Shown here: positions 26,444-40,400 of the stretch, piece after piece | Layout: the number at the start of each line of letters is the position of its first letter | Position numbering within the stretch: the stretch's first letter is position 1 | NCBI RefSeq assembly: GCF_001194135.2 | Contig: NC_068982.1 | Coordinates: 93,099,064-93,163,063, forward strand | Origin: Octopus bimaculoides | Lineage: Eukaryota | Reading direction: 5' to 3' | Length of the DNA: 64,000 bases | Made by a program: the position numbers and the translations under genes | Notes under the pieces: generated by a model | What the model was told of the DNA's origin: nothing | The model's database searches: none | What the model saw: the letters and a program-made list of their open reading frames with translations, nothing else

Positions 26444-29400
26444 GAGAGTGAAGGAAGTCAGTTAATAAATGATAGAAAAGGGAGTAATGGGAAAGGGTTA
26501 TGAATAGTAATGAATATGATCATGGTAGGAAATTGTAGGTGAAAGATGTTGATAGTAGTGATAATGGAAGGAGTATTGAGAGAGAGGATGAGCGAGTGTG
26601 TGATAGATACAATAAATAAAAGTGATAATAAGTGAGGATTGAATAAGGATAGAATCAATGGAATGTGATGAGAAGAGTGATAGTATGGAGGTACAGTGAC
26701 AGGAGAAGGAGTAAGAGATGAGAGAATTAAGAAGAGTGGAGGGCAGCATTTAAAGACTTAATTTGGAAATAATGGCTGAGAGAGAGTCCCAAATATAGAT
26801 ATATATTCCAATCTATGTCACCACAATAACTCTCAATTTAAGTCCATTTTTTTTCTATGTTTGCATGAGTTGGGTAAATCCTTTCCAGCAGAGCATTCTC
26901 CCATGATTCATTGTCATCTATCTTGTGATGTTTGACCTCTTGAGATCAGTCTTTCCCACTTCGTTCTTGTCTTCTTTAGTCTCCTTCTTCAACCATTTGC
27001 AGAGTATGGTGTTTCTTTTGCCACATTAAAAGCATCTGATACACTGTAAAGTGGTTGGCATTAGGAAGAGCATCCAGCTGTTGAAACCAAATAAAACTGG
27101 AACCTAGTGCAGTTCTCTCGTTTGCCAGCTCTGGTCAAAGCATCCAACCCATGCCAGCATGGAAAACAGATGTTAAAGGGAGATTATGAGAAGGAGGATG
27201 AAGTATGCTTCCCTCATTTCTTTCCAACTTTCACAAAGTCATTGCATTCAAGGCCCACATCTCACAACTATGCAGCATTGAATTTTATACATAAGTATGA
27301 TATAATCTGAGAGAGAAACCCTTTGTTATCAGGAAATATAATAACTCACAGGACATTTCCACTTTGTTATTACTCAAACAACTATGCTTCCAGAACTCTC
27401 ACCTAGGTAACTAAAACTATGAACTAATTCTAGGAGCCTTCTGAGCACTTGAGTAAATTAATTTAATGTGTACTCATAGTACTAACAACTTCTGTGCATT
27501 TATTGTAAATGAGGTTTCCCTTCCCTGTCAGTCTGCCCGTGGTCTACTTCTACCTCTTGTGCATACACACTTACAATGAATATGCCATACAGAATCTCTG
27601 CCTATTCTTTTCTGTATATTAGGTACAATCACTTTTTTTATAGATATAGGATCCCCTCTTCTTTTCTCCCTAAACTTTAGTTTTTGTAAGTTTTATTTTC
27701 AAGCCTCTTAATTCTAGGTTTGATTCTGAGTTTGCTGATTTTGAGAATAAGGTCACTGACATAGATTAGTTTTCACAGTTATCCAGTCTTAAACTGTTCT
27801 GTTATATTCTGGAGGAATATTAAAGAATAGTGGCTGAGAACCAAGCTGCATGCGAAAACTCACTTTAACAACCACAAAACAACACAGTATTGCACCTTGT
27901 CAAAAGTCTTTTTCCACACTGACAAAAGCTAAGTAGACTGACTTACTTCTAGGCAAGAGCTTTTCCACACTGACAAAAGCTAAGTAGACTGACNNNNNNN
28001 NNNGACTGACTTACTTCTAGGCAAGAGCTTTTCCACACTGACAAAAGCTAAGTAGACTGACTTACTTCTAGGCAAGAGCTTTTCCATCAGTGGTAACTTA
28101 ACCTGCAATGCATCTCATTTAGGTTAATTCCCCTATGAATTTCATAGTAATTTTTATAACCTGATCAATGTATCTAAACAAAATGTGATGGTTGTGGTAG
28201 GAGTATCTTTGATCCTAGATCCTTCACCAGGGCTGACTTTGAATTAAACAACAAAAGAAAACAAGAACAAGCAGTGTATAAAAATACTGATGTTGATAAA
28301 GAAGCAGACAAATGTTGAAAACAAACCCACCTACATATGTAACATTTATAAAAGAAAACAAGAGAAATTAACTTACCTTTGTAGTGTTTCTCAGAGTCCT
28401 TGTAAACCTGTTGGTAAAGAAATCAGCTTTTTTAATTAATGACATTAAGCTTGCAGTATCAGATATATTAACAGTCTATGGACAGTTTATTATGATATAT
28501 ATGAATGGATATCTAAAAACCATTAGGAAGCATCAAACTATTTTGTATCCACGTAGTGTATCTAGAACAACTCAGTTTGTCCAAATTTTACCTACAGAAG
28601 TAATACAAGTTGCTAAAATTGGGTTCATCTGAAGAATCTCTGGAGAAACTTTACTTGATGAGGTGCATAGCTAAATGATCAGGGAATCTCTTCTGGCTGA
28701 GCTGCTACTTGTCCACATTGAGAGGTTATAGTATTAGTGGTACACATGTGAGATTAGAAAGTTTCAGACATTCACTTTGCTATTGACAGATATCTATATG
28801 CAGATTATAACTTATTACTTGAGTTTAGCAGTTTACCAGATGAAAAAAGCTAGAGTATCACTTTAATATTAACACTGACCACAAAGCTCCAATCATCTAT
28901 CAGTTTTGCTTTTGCATAGAAGCTTTGATTATGGTTGCAACCTCTAATATACTGTACATCCCAGACAAAATGTAAAATCTACCGACATCACTCATTGTTT
29001 GCCTATGAGGCATTTTACAACCAGTAACATGTATCAGCTGCACTGCACTAACTTCTACATCAATTTGTCTACATAGAAAGTAAGCTATCTGCATTAACTA
29101 TATTAAATGTGTTATTAAATACTCACCATATTGATAGAAGTGCCAGGTATGACATCATGGAATTGGTTCAAAAGTAACAATTGCCAAAGACGCACAAGTT
29201 CTTCTTGAGGATAGACAAAATCAAATGAAATTAACATTGCTGTAGTGCTGAGAAGTTCCGCGTTGTAAAGTAAGAATTCACTCTGTCGATTATACATTTT
29301 ATACTGAAAAGAAAATGTATCAATGAATGTCTGGCAGGTCACATGCTGAAGTTGGCATGATAGAACAGAATGAGTGAATGTATTCTGTGTGAAAGCATTA

Positions 29401-32400
29401 AGAAATGCTTTTATCAGTCACCTCACAAAGCAAGGAACACAAATACAAACACTTCTGGCTTAATAGAAACTCTGACATGATTAGAGTACATATTGTCTAT
29501 GCAAAGAAATTGGGAGATAGAATAATTGAGGTAGCCTGGATAAGTGAAAGAGTAATTAAGATTATTGTTGGGAATTTGATGTGTCTGTAGTGAAACTAAC
29601 ACCTCGATCGCCATTACATACAAAACTACTATCGCCATTACATACAATCTTCTCATTTAAATATAAACAAGCGCGGGCGTAGCGGAGAACCCATCTCCTT
29701 GTCATCACTTGACTAATTAATATTCGAAGCGGCAACTTCTTCGAACCGTTCCCGCCAGAATGCAAACTGACCGATCACAGCCCTTAATAAGGTCACGTGA
29801 TAGTGTTTTTCTACTACCGTCTTGGAGCCCCCTGAACGCTTTAAATAGAGCAACTCATACCCAGCAAATTCGTCTCGGTTCAGTTTCTCTTTGAGATCTG
29901 TTTCGTGTACNNNNNNNNNNNNNNNNNNNNNNNNNNNNNNNNNNNNNNNNNNNNNNNNNNNNNNNNNNNNNNNNNNNNNNNNNNNNNNNNNNNNNNNNNN
30001 NNNNNNNNNNNNNNNNNNNNNNNNNNNNNNNNNNNNNNNNNNNNNNNNNNNNNNNNNNNNNNNNNNNNNNNNNNNNNNNNNNNNNNNNNNNNNNNNNNNN
30101 NNNNNNNNNNNNNNNNNNNNNNNNNNNNNNNNNNNNNNNNNNNNNNNNNNNNNNNNNNNNNNNNNNNNNNNNNNNNNNNNNNNNNNNNNNNNNNNNNNNN
30201 NNNNNNNNNNNNNNNNNNNNNNNNNNNNNNNNNCGATTCTGTTAGGTGACTTAGCTTCACCACGATAATAAACAGACAAGAGATTTCAGCCTGCGATAAA
30301 CGTCTGTCCTCAAGGCCCTGGCATGGAAGCCAACATCACAACTAGTGATCGCTCTGCCACACTCACAGCCTCAACTACTTTCACATACAGACTTTTCCTA
30401 TAGTGTACTCAAAGAACTGGTATAAATGCTCACGTGTTATTGACTCTCTTTCTATCTGCTGTAATAACTTACATACACATACATGTATCACTCACATACA
30501 CACTTTTCTTTGTATGACGGCCTGTCTTTTATTATGTTCTTATATGTCGCATTCACACTCACACACAGACATACATCTTTAATGCCACAATAAACATCTC
30601 TGTTATTCATCTTATACGGTTGCCTTCTATCGTCTCTTCATTACTGGTATTTACGAATTCACATATGTTATCGTAGTATAACATATTTTTGTATATCATC
30701 ATTGATATATATTTTTGTGTTCGACCGTGTGACACGTTTAAATAAAAGGAGTCCTCTGTTTTTCCATTCGTCACCATTTCTCCTTTTTGAGTTCGCACGG
30801 TCGTTCTTACATGTCCATAATCTCTGATTATGAAAAACTAGCAGGTTTGACAGATGATGTAAAGAATTTATTCTATAAGACCAAAGAAATTTGAAGACAG
30901 TGATATTGTTATCATAGGGATTTCAGAAGCAATAAAAGGACACCTGGTCTGGTACCAGACATACATAGGTGCTATGTGCATGAAATAAGAAATGAAAAAA
31001 ATCAATACTTCTGGAGTTCTGAGATGAAAATGACCTTCCAATTCAAAACAACTTCAAAAAGCCAGCTAATTGATCACATACCTCTTGTTTGCATAAAAGA
31101 TGAGATGATCATGGCTGGAATATATTTTATTATAAATCTTTTCTGATGGAGCTGACCGAGGTTAAGCAGTAACAAAAAGTCTTTTCTTTATCCTTTATTT
31201 CTTTTCTTAATCCCCCTCTCAATCCCTTGTCCATCTGTGGCATTCATGAATTTGAAAATGAATGCCTACCAATAACAATTTTATCAAACTATCCCTATTG
31301 TTTGACCTTGAAATATCTGAGAGGTTTTGAGGTTTAGACTAATAAAGGAAAGGGAAAAGAAAAGTGATTAAATATTTCTGGTTCCTTAATTTGTCTGAGA
31401 AGAAGGGAGAGATGGGACCCTACTTTCAGTATTGAGTTTCCCAATCAGTAAATGTTTTTAACTTATACCAGTTATTGGAAAATAACACAACATACAAAAT
31501 TAACTGAGTAAGTTATTTATGTAGTAACATAACCAAATACTTTCAACATCTTAACAATTATTTCTGATGAACTTATTTCTGACTGCCTTTTCAAACTTAA
31601 ATAAAGATGTTGAAGTGTCTGAAAGTTAAAAATAATTACCTTTCCATGTGTTGTATAGGTTCCATTATGAAGCTCAAGATAAAGTTCTCCTTTCCATTTA
31701 CACAACATAGAAGTGTCTTCATTGCAAACTGCAGCAAAAAATTCTTTCGGTGAACTCATACACACCCTGAAATCAAATTTAAAAGGATATATATAATGGA
31801 CATCTATACATATAGTTATAAATAATGAGAGAAATATAGTATGATAAAGTTTATTTAACCACTGGAAATGCTTATATAATGATAACTGTTTCACAACTTA
31901 ATAAAACATGCATAGAGGGATTATTTTTTAACATGGATTTCTTTTAACCAAAAAGCTAGCTTAATATCTGCATTAATTTAAAGATTGTTTATGTTAATGC
32001 AGACATGTAAGTAATTTACTTATTATAAAATATAATGAAATAAATTATCTACGCATGTTTTATTAAGTTGCAAAACAACTGTTGTCATATTAAAATTTCT
32101 AATGGTTAAATAAATTTTATCATACTATTTCTCTCATTATTATAATTTTATACACTTGTCATGCTTTGCTTTTGTACTGTACTATATATTCTATATGTTT
32201 GTAGAATTATACATTATGAAGTTTTTTTTTATGAGTATCACCAGATTAGTTGAATCCATATATTGTAGATTAAATTTTCTCTCTGTTTATTTCTGTGTCC
32301 CTTTCTGTTGAAGAGTGTAGGCTCAAAACATAAAAGACTTTCTCACTTCCCGAGCGTTAAACTAATACATCTGTTTGTTGTTTACACACCCGTTTCCATC

Positions 32401-32425
32401 TTTTTGTTTTTTTGTAAATTCTCAC

Positions 32426-32483
<58 letters not shown>

Positions 32484-34412
32484 NNNNNNNNNNNNNNNNN
32501 NNNNNNNNNNNNNNNNNNNNNNNNNNNNNNNNNNNNNNNNNNNNNNNNNNNNNNNNNNNNNNNNNNNNNNNNNNNNNNNNNNNNNNNNNNNNNNNNNNNN
32601 NNNNNNNNNNNNNNNNNNNNNNNNNNNNNNNNNNNNNNNNNNNNNNNNNNNNNNNNNNNNNNNNNNNNNNNNNNNNNNNNNNNNNNNNNNNNNNNNNNNN
32701 NNNNNNNNNNNNNNNNNNNNNNNNNNNNNNNNNNNNNNNNNNNNNNNNNNNNNNNNNNNNNNNNNNNNNNNNNNNNNNNNNNNNNNNNNNNNNNNNNNNN
32801 NNNNNNNNNNNNNNNNNNNNNNNNNNNNNNNNNNNNNNNNNNNNNNNNNNNNNNNNNNNNNNNNNNNNNNNNNNNNNNNNNNNNNNNNNNNNNNNNNNNN
32901 NNNNNNNNNNNNNNNNNNNNNNNNNNNNNNNNNNNNNNNNNNNNNNNNNNNNNNNNNNNNNNNNNNNNNNNNNNNNNNNNNNNNNNNNNNNNNNNNNNNN
33001 NNNNNNNNNNNNNNNNNNNNNNNNNNNNNNNNNNNNNNNNNNNNNNNNNNNNNNNNNNNNNNNNNNNNNNNNNNNNNNNNNNNAGACAGCAATCTGGTAT
33101 CTTCCATGGTGTTCACAGGGGCCATGGAATTGGTTCCTGAAATGAAGAGGGAACTAGGCTACTAGGGTTCTGTGATACATGCAACCTATTAATCTGCAAC
33201 ATTAACTTCAGGAAGCCAGACAGCCACCTGATAACCTATTAATCAGGTAACTCAGCTAGCCAGATTGATTTCATCTTCAACAGGCAGTGGGATGCAAGGT
33301 TAAATTTCCAACAAGTAGGTATCAGTAAATGTATGTAGAATACAAATACCAGGTAAATCCTCATGTATGACAGGTAAATCCAACAATCCTTTTGTAGAAT
33401 TTGAAGAGATTCAGAGTATTTAACAACAACCAATATGTATGAAGAAAATCATATCTTTATTTTATATCACACCTTAAAAAGCCAACAATTGTTTTAACTG
33501 CATATACATACAAATATATATATATTTACCAATACCTACTTTCGTAAGCTAATTATTTAAATTGACCCTTCAATATATAATTTCTTAATCTCTCTCTCTC
33601 TCTCTCAGCCTTCGTTTCACCTTAATTCTTCATGTAATTTTCTAAATGAAATATCTCCTCCCCTCCCCTGTCCTCATGTTGGCTACATATTTTTTTTTTT
33701 GTACCAACTTTCTAAATTAACCCTTGTTTGTTCGTGGTACTTGTTCCCTCCATGTTTCATGTTGGCTAAATATTTTTCGTCACTCACTATGGCTTCTCAT
33801 GCTACTCTGTTACTACCATTTCTATTGTCTTTAGCGCCCTCCATAATGCCCACTTCTAGAAGTAGCACATCTATAAAACTCATTACTCACATGTTTTCCT
33901 GCCTGTTTTGCACGCAATTCCTTCCAACGCAGACGTTTCTTGGACGCCCAGTTTATACATTGCTAAGCTAAGATATTCTCTTGTTTTTCGATCTTTTCAT
34001 GCATTCATCTGCCATTGCTGCTAATACTTAATGTATATTATTTACTACTTACTATTTACTAATACCTACTTTTGTAAGCTAATTATCTAAATTGACCCTT
34101 CAATATATAACTTCCTAATCTCTCTCTCAGCCTTTGTTTCACCTTAATTCTTCATGCAATTTTCTAAATGAAATATCTCTTCCCCTCCCCTGTTTTCATG
34201 TTAGCTCTCTTCTCTTTTCTCTTTTACTTGTTTCAGTCATTTGACTGCGGCCTTGCTGGGACATCACCTTTAGTCGAGCAAATCAACCCCAGAGCTTATT
34301 CTTTGTAAGCCTAGTACTTATTCTATCAGTCACTTTTTGCCGAACCACTAAGTTACAGGGGTGTAAACAAACCAGCATCGGTTGTCAAGCGAACTTGGGG
34401 GGACAAACACAG

Positions 34413-34451
<39 letters not shown>

Positions 34452-37400
34452 TACGACGGGCTTCTTTCAGTTTCCATCTACCAAATCCACTCACAAGGCT
34501 TTGGTCGGCCCAAGGCTATAGTAGAAGACACTTGCCCAAGGTGCCACACAGTGGGACTGAACCCAGAACCATGTGGTTGGTAAGCAAGTTACTTACCACA
34601 CAGCCACTCCTGTGCCTACATATATTTTTTGTACAAACTCTCTAAATTAACCCTTGCATATTCGTGGTACACCTGCCCATTTCCACCCCACCACCAATAC
34701 CATCCATCCATCTCTTCTCCTACCACCAATACCAGATATCTCTCTCTCTTCTCTCACCATCATTACTGGATATCTCTCTTCTCTCACTGGAAACCCTCTT
34801 CCTCAGTGGTGGTATCCTCTATCATACCTGCAATCTCTTCCCTCTCTCCCTCCCGGGACAAATGCAAGTAGTTTAGCTGCCCACCTACTTAATTGGCTAT
34901 CTCTCGTTTTTACTCGAAATCTGTCAACAAACTACTCGGTAATTTCCATAGATGTATCGAAGTAGAATGAGAAAGCTAATGGGCTGCACGTGTGTGTGTG
35001 CGCGCGTGCTTGTTCTTGTGTGTGTGTGTGTACTGGCATGCATGTTCCTCTCACCGGAAAACACTCCCACACTACTGGTATCCTCTATCATACCTGCAAT
35101 TTCCTCTCCCTCTCTCTCCCCTAGGACAAATACAACTAGTTTAGCTGCCCATCTTCTTAATCTAACATTGGCATATTGATATTCATATTCTTCTCCTCTC
35201 TCTTCTTTTTCTTCTTCTCCTTTATCTTTATTGATTTACTTACTTATATCTGCAACACCAGTAATGCTTAAATTTATATTTTTATGATGTCCACAATGCT
35301 TATACTCACAATGCCACTAACACCTACTCTTACCCCAGTAGGGGTAACAATCTTAAAATGCTTGAACGTTTGAATGATAAAAGGTTGAAAGTGAGAACAG
35401 CTGTAGTATATCTATCAAACGAACACAGAAACCTTCATTTCAGGCACTGAATAACATCTCCCCTCCCCATGCCTCCTCTCACATTCCTTTCCCAGTTTTA
35501 AAGTTGGCACTGTCAATGTAGGCACACTGAAAGGTAGGTTTAGTGAGATCGTAGAGATGCTTGAATGGAGACATGTTGATGTATGCTGCATACAAGAGGT
35601 AAGGTGGAAAGGAGCTTCAGCCAGGGTCCTCACAGGCAAGGCACATAGGTATAAAATCTTCTGGGAAGGTAACAGCGATGGTGTAGGGGGTGTAGGTATA
35701 CTCCTTGTGGAGAAATGAGTGGATGAGGTCATAGAGGTAGTCAGGGTATGCAATAGAGTGCTTAAACTCAGGCTAGTCTTGCAGAGTAGTATAGCTACAA
35801 TTATCTTTGCCTGCACCCCACAAGCAGGCCTACCGAATGACCAGAAGGACCACTTTTATGATACCCTTCTACAGGCTACATCAAAGAGGAGTGGCAATGA
35901 TCTCATCTTTGTGGCTGGAGATTTTAATGGGCATGTCAGACAGCAATCTGGTATCTTCCATGGTGTTCACAGGGGCCATGGAATTGGTTCCTGAAATGAA
36001 GAGGGAACTAGGCTACTAGGGTTCTGTGATACATGCAACCTATTAATCTGCAACACTAACTTCAGGAAGCCAGACAGCCACCTGATAACCTATTAATCAG
36101 GTAACTCAGCTAGCCAGATTGATTTCATCTTCAACAGGCAGTGGGATGCAAGGTTGCTCTTAAATACAAAAACCCACCCTGGTGAAGAATGTACCCCCCC
36201 CCCCNNNNNNNNNNNNNNNNNNNNNNNNNNNNNNNNNNNNNNNNNNNNNNNNNNNNNNNNNNNNNNNNNNNNNNNNNNNNNNNNNNNNNNNNNNNNNNNN
36301 NNNNNNNNNNNNCATAGACTAGTTGTTAGTGACTTTTGACTTGAGGCCAGAAGGATGCCAAGAAGCAGACCAATCCAGAAACAAAGGATTTGGAAGCTAA
36401 AGAACCCTTCACATGGTCAGAGATTTAGGGACATCCTCATTGAGAAATTTGATGAGAAGGAAGAGGAGCTGCAGACTTCGGACATAGAGGGTAACTGGAA
36501 ATTCCTATGGGACAGCTTACTGAGTGCCACAGACCAAATCTGCGGCTGGTGCAAAGTCCCTTCCAGACCTAGGGTAACGTGGTGGTGAAATAATACGGTA
36601 AACAAGGCCATTAGAGCCAAGAAACAGGCTTGGAAAACCTGGAAGAGTGGGGGTAGCACGGAACTGTATCAGATAGCTATGCTAATCAGTCAAATGACCT
36701 TTCTCTAGATAGAGTCTGAGACATGTGTGTATATCTAGTAGCAACACTATCTCAGATGTCAGAGCTGCATTCTTTGTGAGTCTCACCTGAGCTTTGGAGG
36801 GCTGTTGAGAGTTAATAGTTGTACTGGGGGCTGAAATACACTCCAGCTCTGAAAAGGAAGGTCAGTTTTTAATGATATAAATTGGGCTATGTTGGAGATA
36901 TGTGTTTGAAAGAGAGATACTCAAACATTTACTTACAAATATTCAAGATGAACATCAACCTATCAATCTCACTGCAAAATACAGGGTTACATTTTCCCCA
37001 TTTGACTGACATTATAAAAATTCTGAATAGATATAAAAGTATTGTATATGACAATGTCAAAAGTGAACCAAGTGTTGTACATACTTTGGCATTCCACTAA
37101 TGTCTTCTAATCGATTCAGTCTCTCCAGCATATTCTCACTGTTAAAATAATAAAGAATAATAAAATTAATACTTTATAACAAATACATTCTGAAGGATAC
37201 GTTTATATTCTTCTCTTTCTCTTCCCTCTACCTCTACAGTACCTGCATTGTCAATTTTCCTCTCACAGCTCTCACCCACTACATCCCCACTCCCTGCTTC
37301 TTTTCCTTGTAGCTTCTTCACCTTCCCAACACTGCTTCTCATCTTTCTCTTTTTCCCTCTGACTTTGCTCCATGACACCTACAACACTCTTTCCACCAAT

Positions 37401-40400
37401 AGCTCTTTCAGGATTCCTCTCCAACCTAGTCTAATACTCCCTCTGTCTCCTTCTCTCTCACAAACTCCACTTACATTCACTATTATAAATGCTGGTGGCA
37501 GCATAAAAGCTGGATGTTAAATAACAATATGTATACATATTTAATGCCTATGTCTTGATAACATGCAATATTACACTTTATTCACAAAAATCATATAATC
37601 TATCCTTCAGTCTGAATGAGAAACCTTTTGTTCTTAGAAGGGGTAACAACTTCTTGAACTTTTTCCTATCCATTCTTACTCTAACTATTACACTTCCAGA
37701 ACACCCACTACAAATTAGGTCACCTAAGTAACAAAAGCTATAAACTAAGTATAAGGAGTCACTCAAGTATTTGAGAGAAACTATTTTCTGGATGATCTTA
37801 GCTCAGAAATCCAATTGTACCTAGTGCATATGAAGTCTACCTTCTCAATTAGCCTGTCTGTGATTCTTCTATGCCTTTTTTATGCCCATTGTTTATACTA
37901 AACATAACATACAGAACTTCTACTTACTCTTTTTCTGCATACTATGCAAGACCATTTCCCAGATGGTAGAAAACTTCTTGCACATACATTTCTTCACATT
38001 TTTTAATGCTTTTCTACATATACATTTATATCATTTGGCATTACCTAATCTTTCCCATCATCTCCCTATTTTCAAAAAAAGGTTATTTTGTCACTTGAAT
38101 TTCCCAAATTTCATTTTATCCACTCAGTGCTTGTTATAATATTCAAAGGTTTCCACTTTATGTCTATCATACATAATTTTCCTGAAGATCAGAAACAAGA
38201 AACTTGGAATAATGATTCAGCTTTTAGTATTGGGTATTCCATTTTTTCTATCTCCTTCACACAGAAGTATTTACATCTACATGTATGTATATGGGTGTAT
38301 GTGTGTGTGTTATTGAAAAGATGTTGCTTTGCATTAAATCAATCCTGAGCTAACCTATGCAAAGAGGCACTTCAACTCTAGATATCTTGTAAGGGTATCT
38401 AGGGATACATTTCCCACGAGAACCTTTTTGTATTTAATGTAATATCAAGGGTGAGATAGTAATATTGATGATATGCAGTATTGACAACAGAAGATGGAAC
38501 TGCAGATATGATGTAAACAATTATAAAAAAAATATTCCTTGTTACTTACTCTGGTCCATTTCCCCCATCTCCATGACCAAACAGATACATGGTGTGAGAC
38601 ATTCGACCTTTATCTTGATAATTTGTCACTGTTTTCATCACCTGTAAATTAGAATCAAAGTTAGGTACATTTGCTGGAAAGATAATTACTTTTAAAATTA
38701 AAACATGCACACACCCATTTTTAGGTATGTTTTGTTAACTTAGTTAAAACTGCATTTTAAAACCCTTTTGTTATCATATTTTTAATGAAATACAGTCTTT
38801 GTTTCACTTAATTCTGAAAATAATAAAGATAAATAAATAACTTTGTAATTGTTAAGCTGGGGTTTGGAATATAAATTAACACAAAATTCTGATGAAAAGT
38901 TTTGATTTAGATCATTTTAAAACATGGAGTTTGTATGACAAAACAAGGGGCAGTTCCATGTGGATTTGTATCAAAATGGTTATGGATATTTCACTTTGCT
39001 TAAAAACATTTTCAGACACTCAAAATCCTTTCCAGGCTCATCTTCCATTTAACTTTTCAACTTACAATTCATTAGCATTCCTAAATATCTATGTATTTTA
39101 CTTGTCTTCTAATATCTAACTGCATTTTTCTCTAGAACAATGGTTGATTTAAAATTTATTGTTGTCCCACTTTATCTACAAACTGCACTCATTAAACTGA
39201 ATCCTGATTATGAAAATTCTCACAGACTTTATCAAAGAATCCAACCACTACTACCCTAATAATATTAACCCTTTAGCATTCAGATTACTCTGTCAAACAC
39301 AATGCTTATTTATTCACATTGTTTTAAATTAATCATGCATTATCTCATAGCTTTGAGATTTCAATGATGTGATTGTTTGATTCTTAGAATGACATTGAGG
39401 TATAAGTGTGAGAGGCTGGATCTGGTTAGCTTGAACATAAAGCAGGTAAAATATTTTGACTTGATACAGCCAGTATAAATGGTAAAGGGTTAATGATGAT
39501 AAAGATGGTGTTTATTGTAAACATCACTTGTTGCAAATCACAATACTGTTGCTAGTGGATAGTACGTTACTATGAACATATAACTTCTCATTTCCACTCT
39601 CACCATCTCTTAAGCTTCACATCTATATAAGAAATCCTTTCAAGGATATTAAACTTGCTACAAAAGGTAGAATGATGCAGCGAACGCCTGATGATGTTTA
39701 GTCAGCCATTTCTCTTGTTTCTAAATTTCCAATCTTACTAGTACAAAATTTTAACTGTTTAGCTTTCAGTTTAAATCTCAACTAGAGATTTCATTTGTTC
39801 TTTTATTACTATTAGAAGGAGATTGTAAGTGATTTGGAAAACCAACAACAAATATGAACATATTTACACACCTCCTCAACTGTTCCAGTCATTTCATATG
39901 AATCTCCAGGAGGGAAGTGAGTTAGTACAGTGGTGCCATCTAGACCTTCCCACCAGAAGGTATGGTGCTAAAAAGTAAGAAAAATATAAGTTAAAAATTT
40001 ATAAAATGATAATTCTTTTTATGAATGATATAACATGTAAGCTATCTTATGATGCTGGTTTGAAATTTGGCAAATACAGGTGACAAATCTAGACACGTTT
40101 CAATCTGATTCCAAGCATGTGCTAAAAGAGAGGTATCATGTTTGAAAAATCAGGTCTTTGTTAGAATACAAGATAAGCTTAGGAATGGAAATAGATAATC
40201 GTACTTACAGGAAATTTATTTACAAGATTCCAACTGATCTTTTGGGTAACAAACTTGTTTATACCACAATGCTTCATTATTTGAGGAAGTTGCACAGAAT
40301 ATCCGAATGTGTCAGGGATCCATAACTGTAAAGTAAACAGTATCTTTTGTTAGGGAACAGAATGTAGTCATAATAGGATTTTCTTTTTTTTTTTTTTGTC

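Noticed and set aside
29713-30279. Minus-strand ORF ending [11 protein letters not shown]...SNIN
   Set aside because: It has no recognisable motif, is inflated by Ns, and lies within the LTR.
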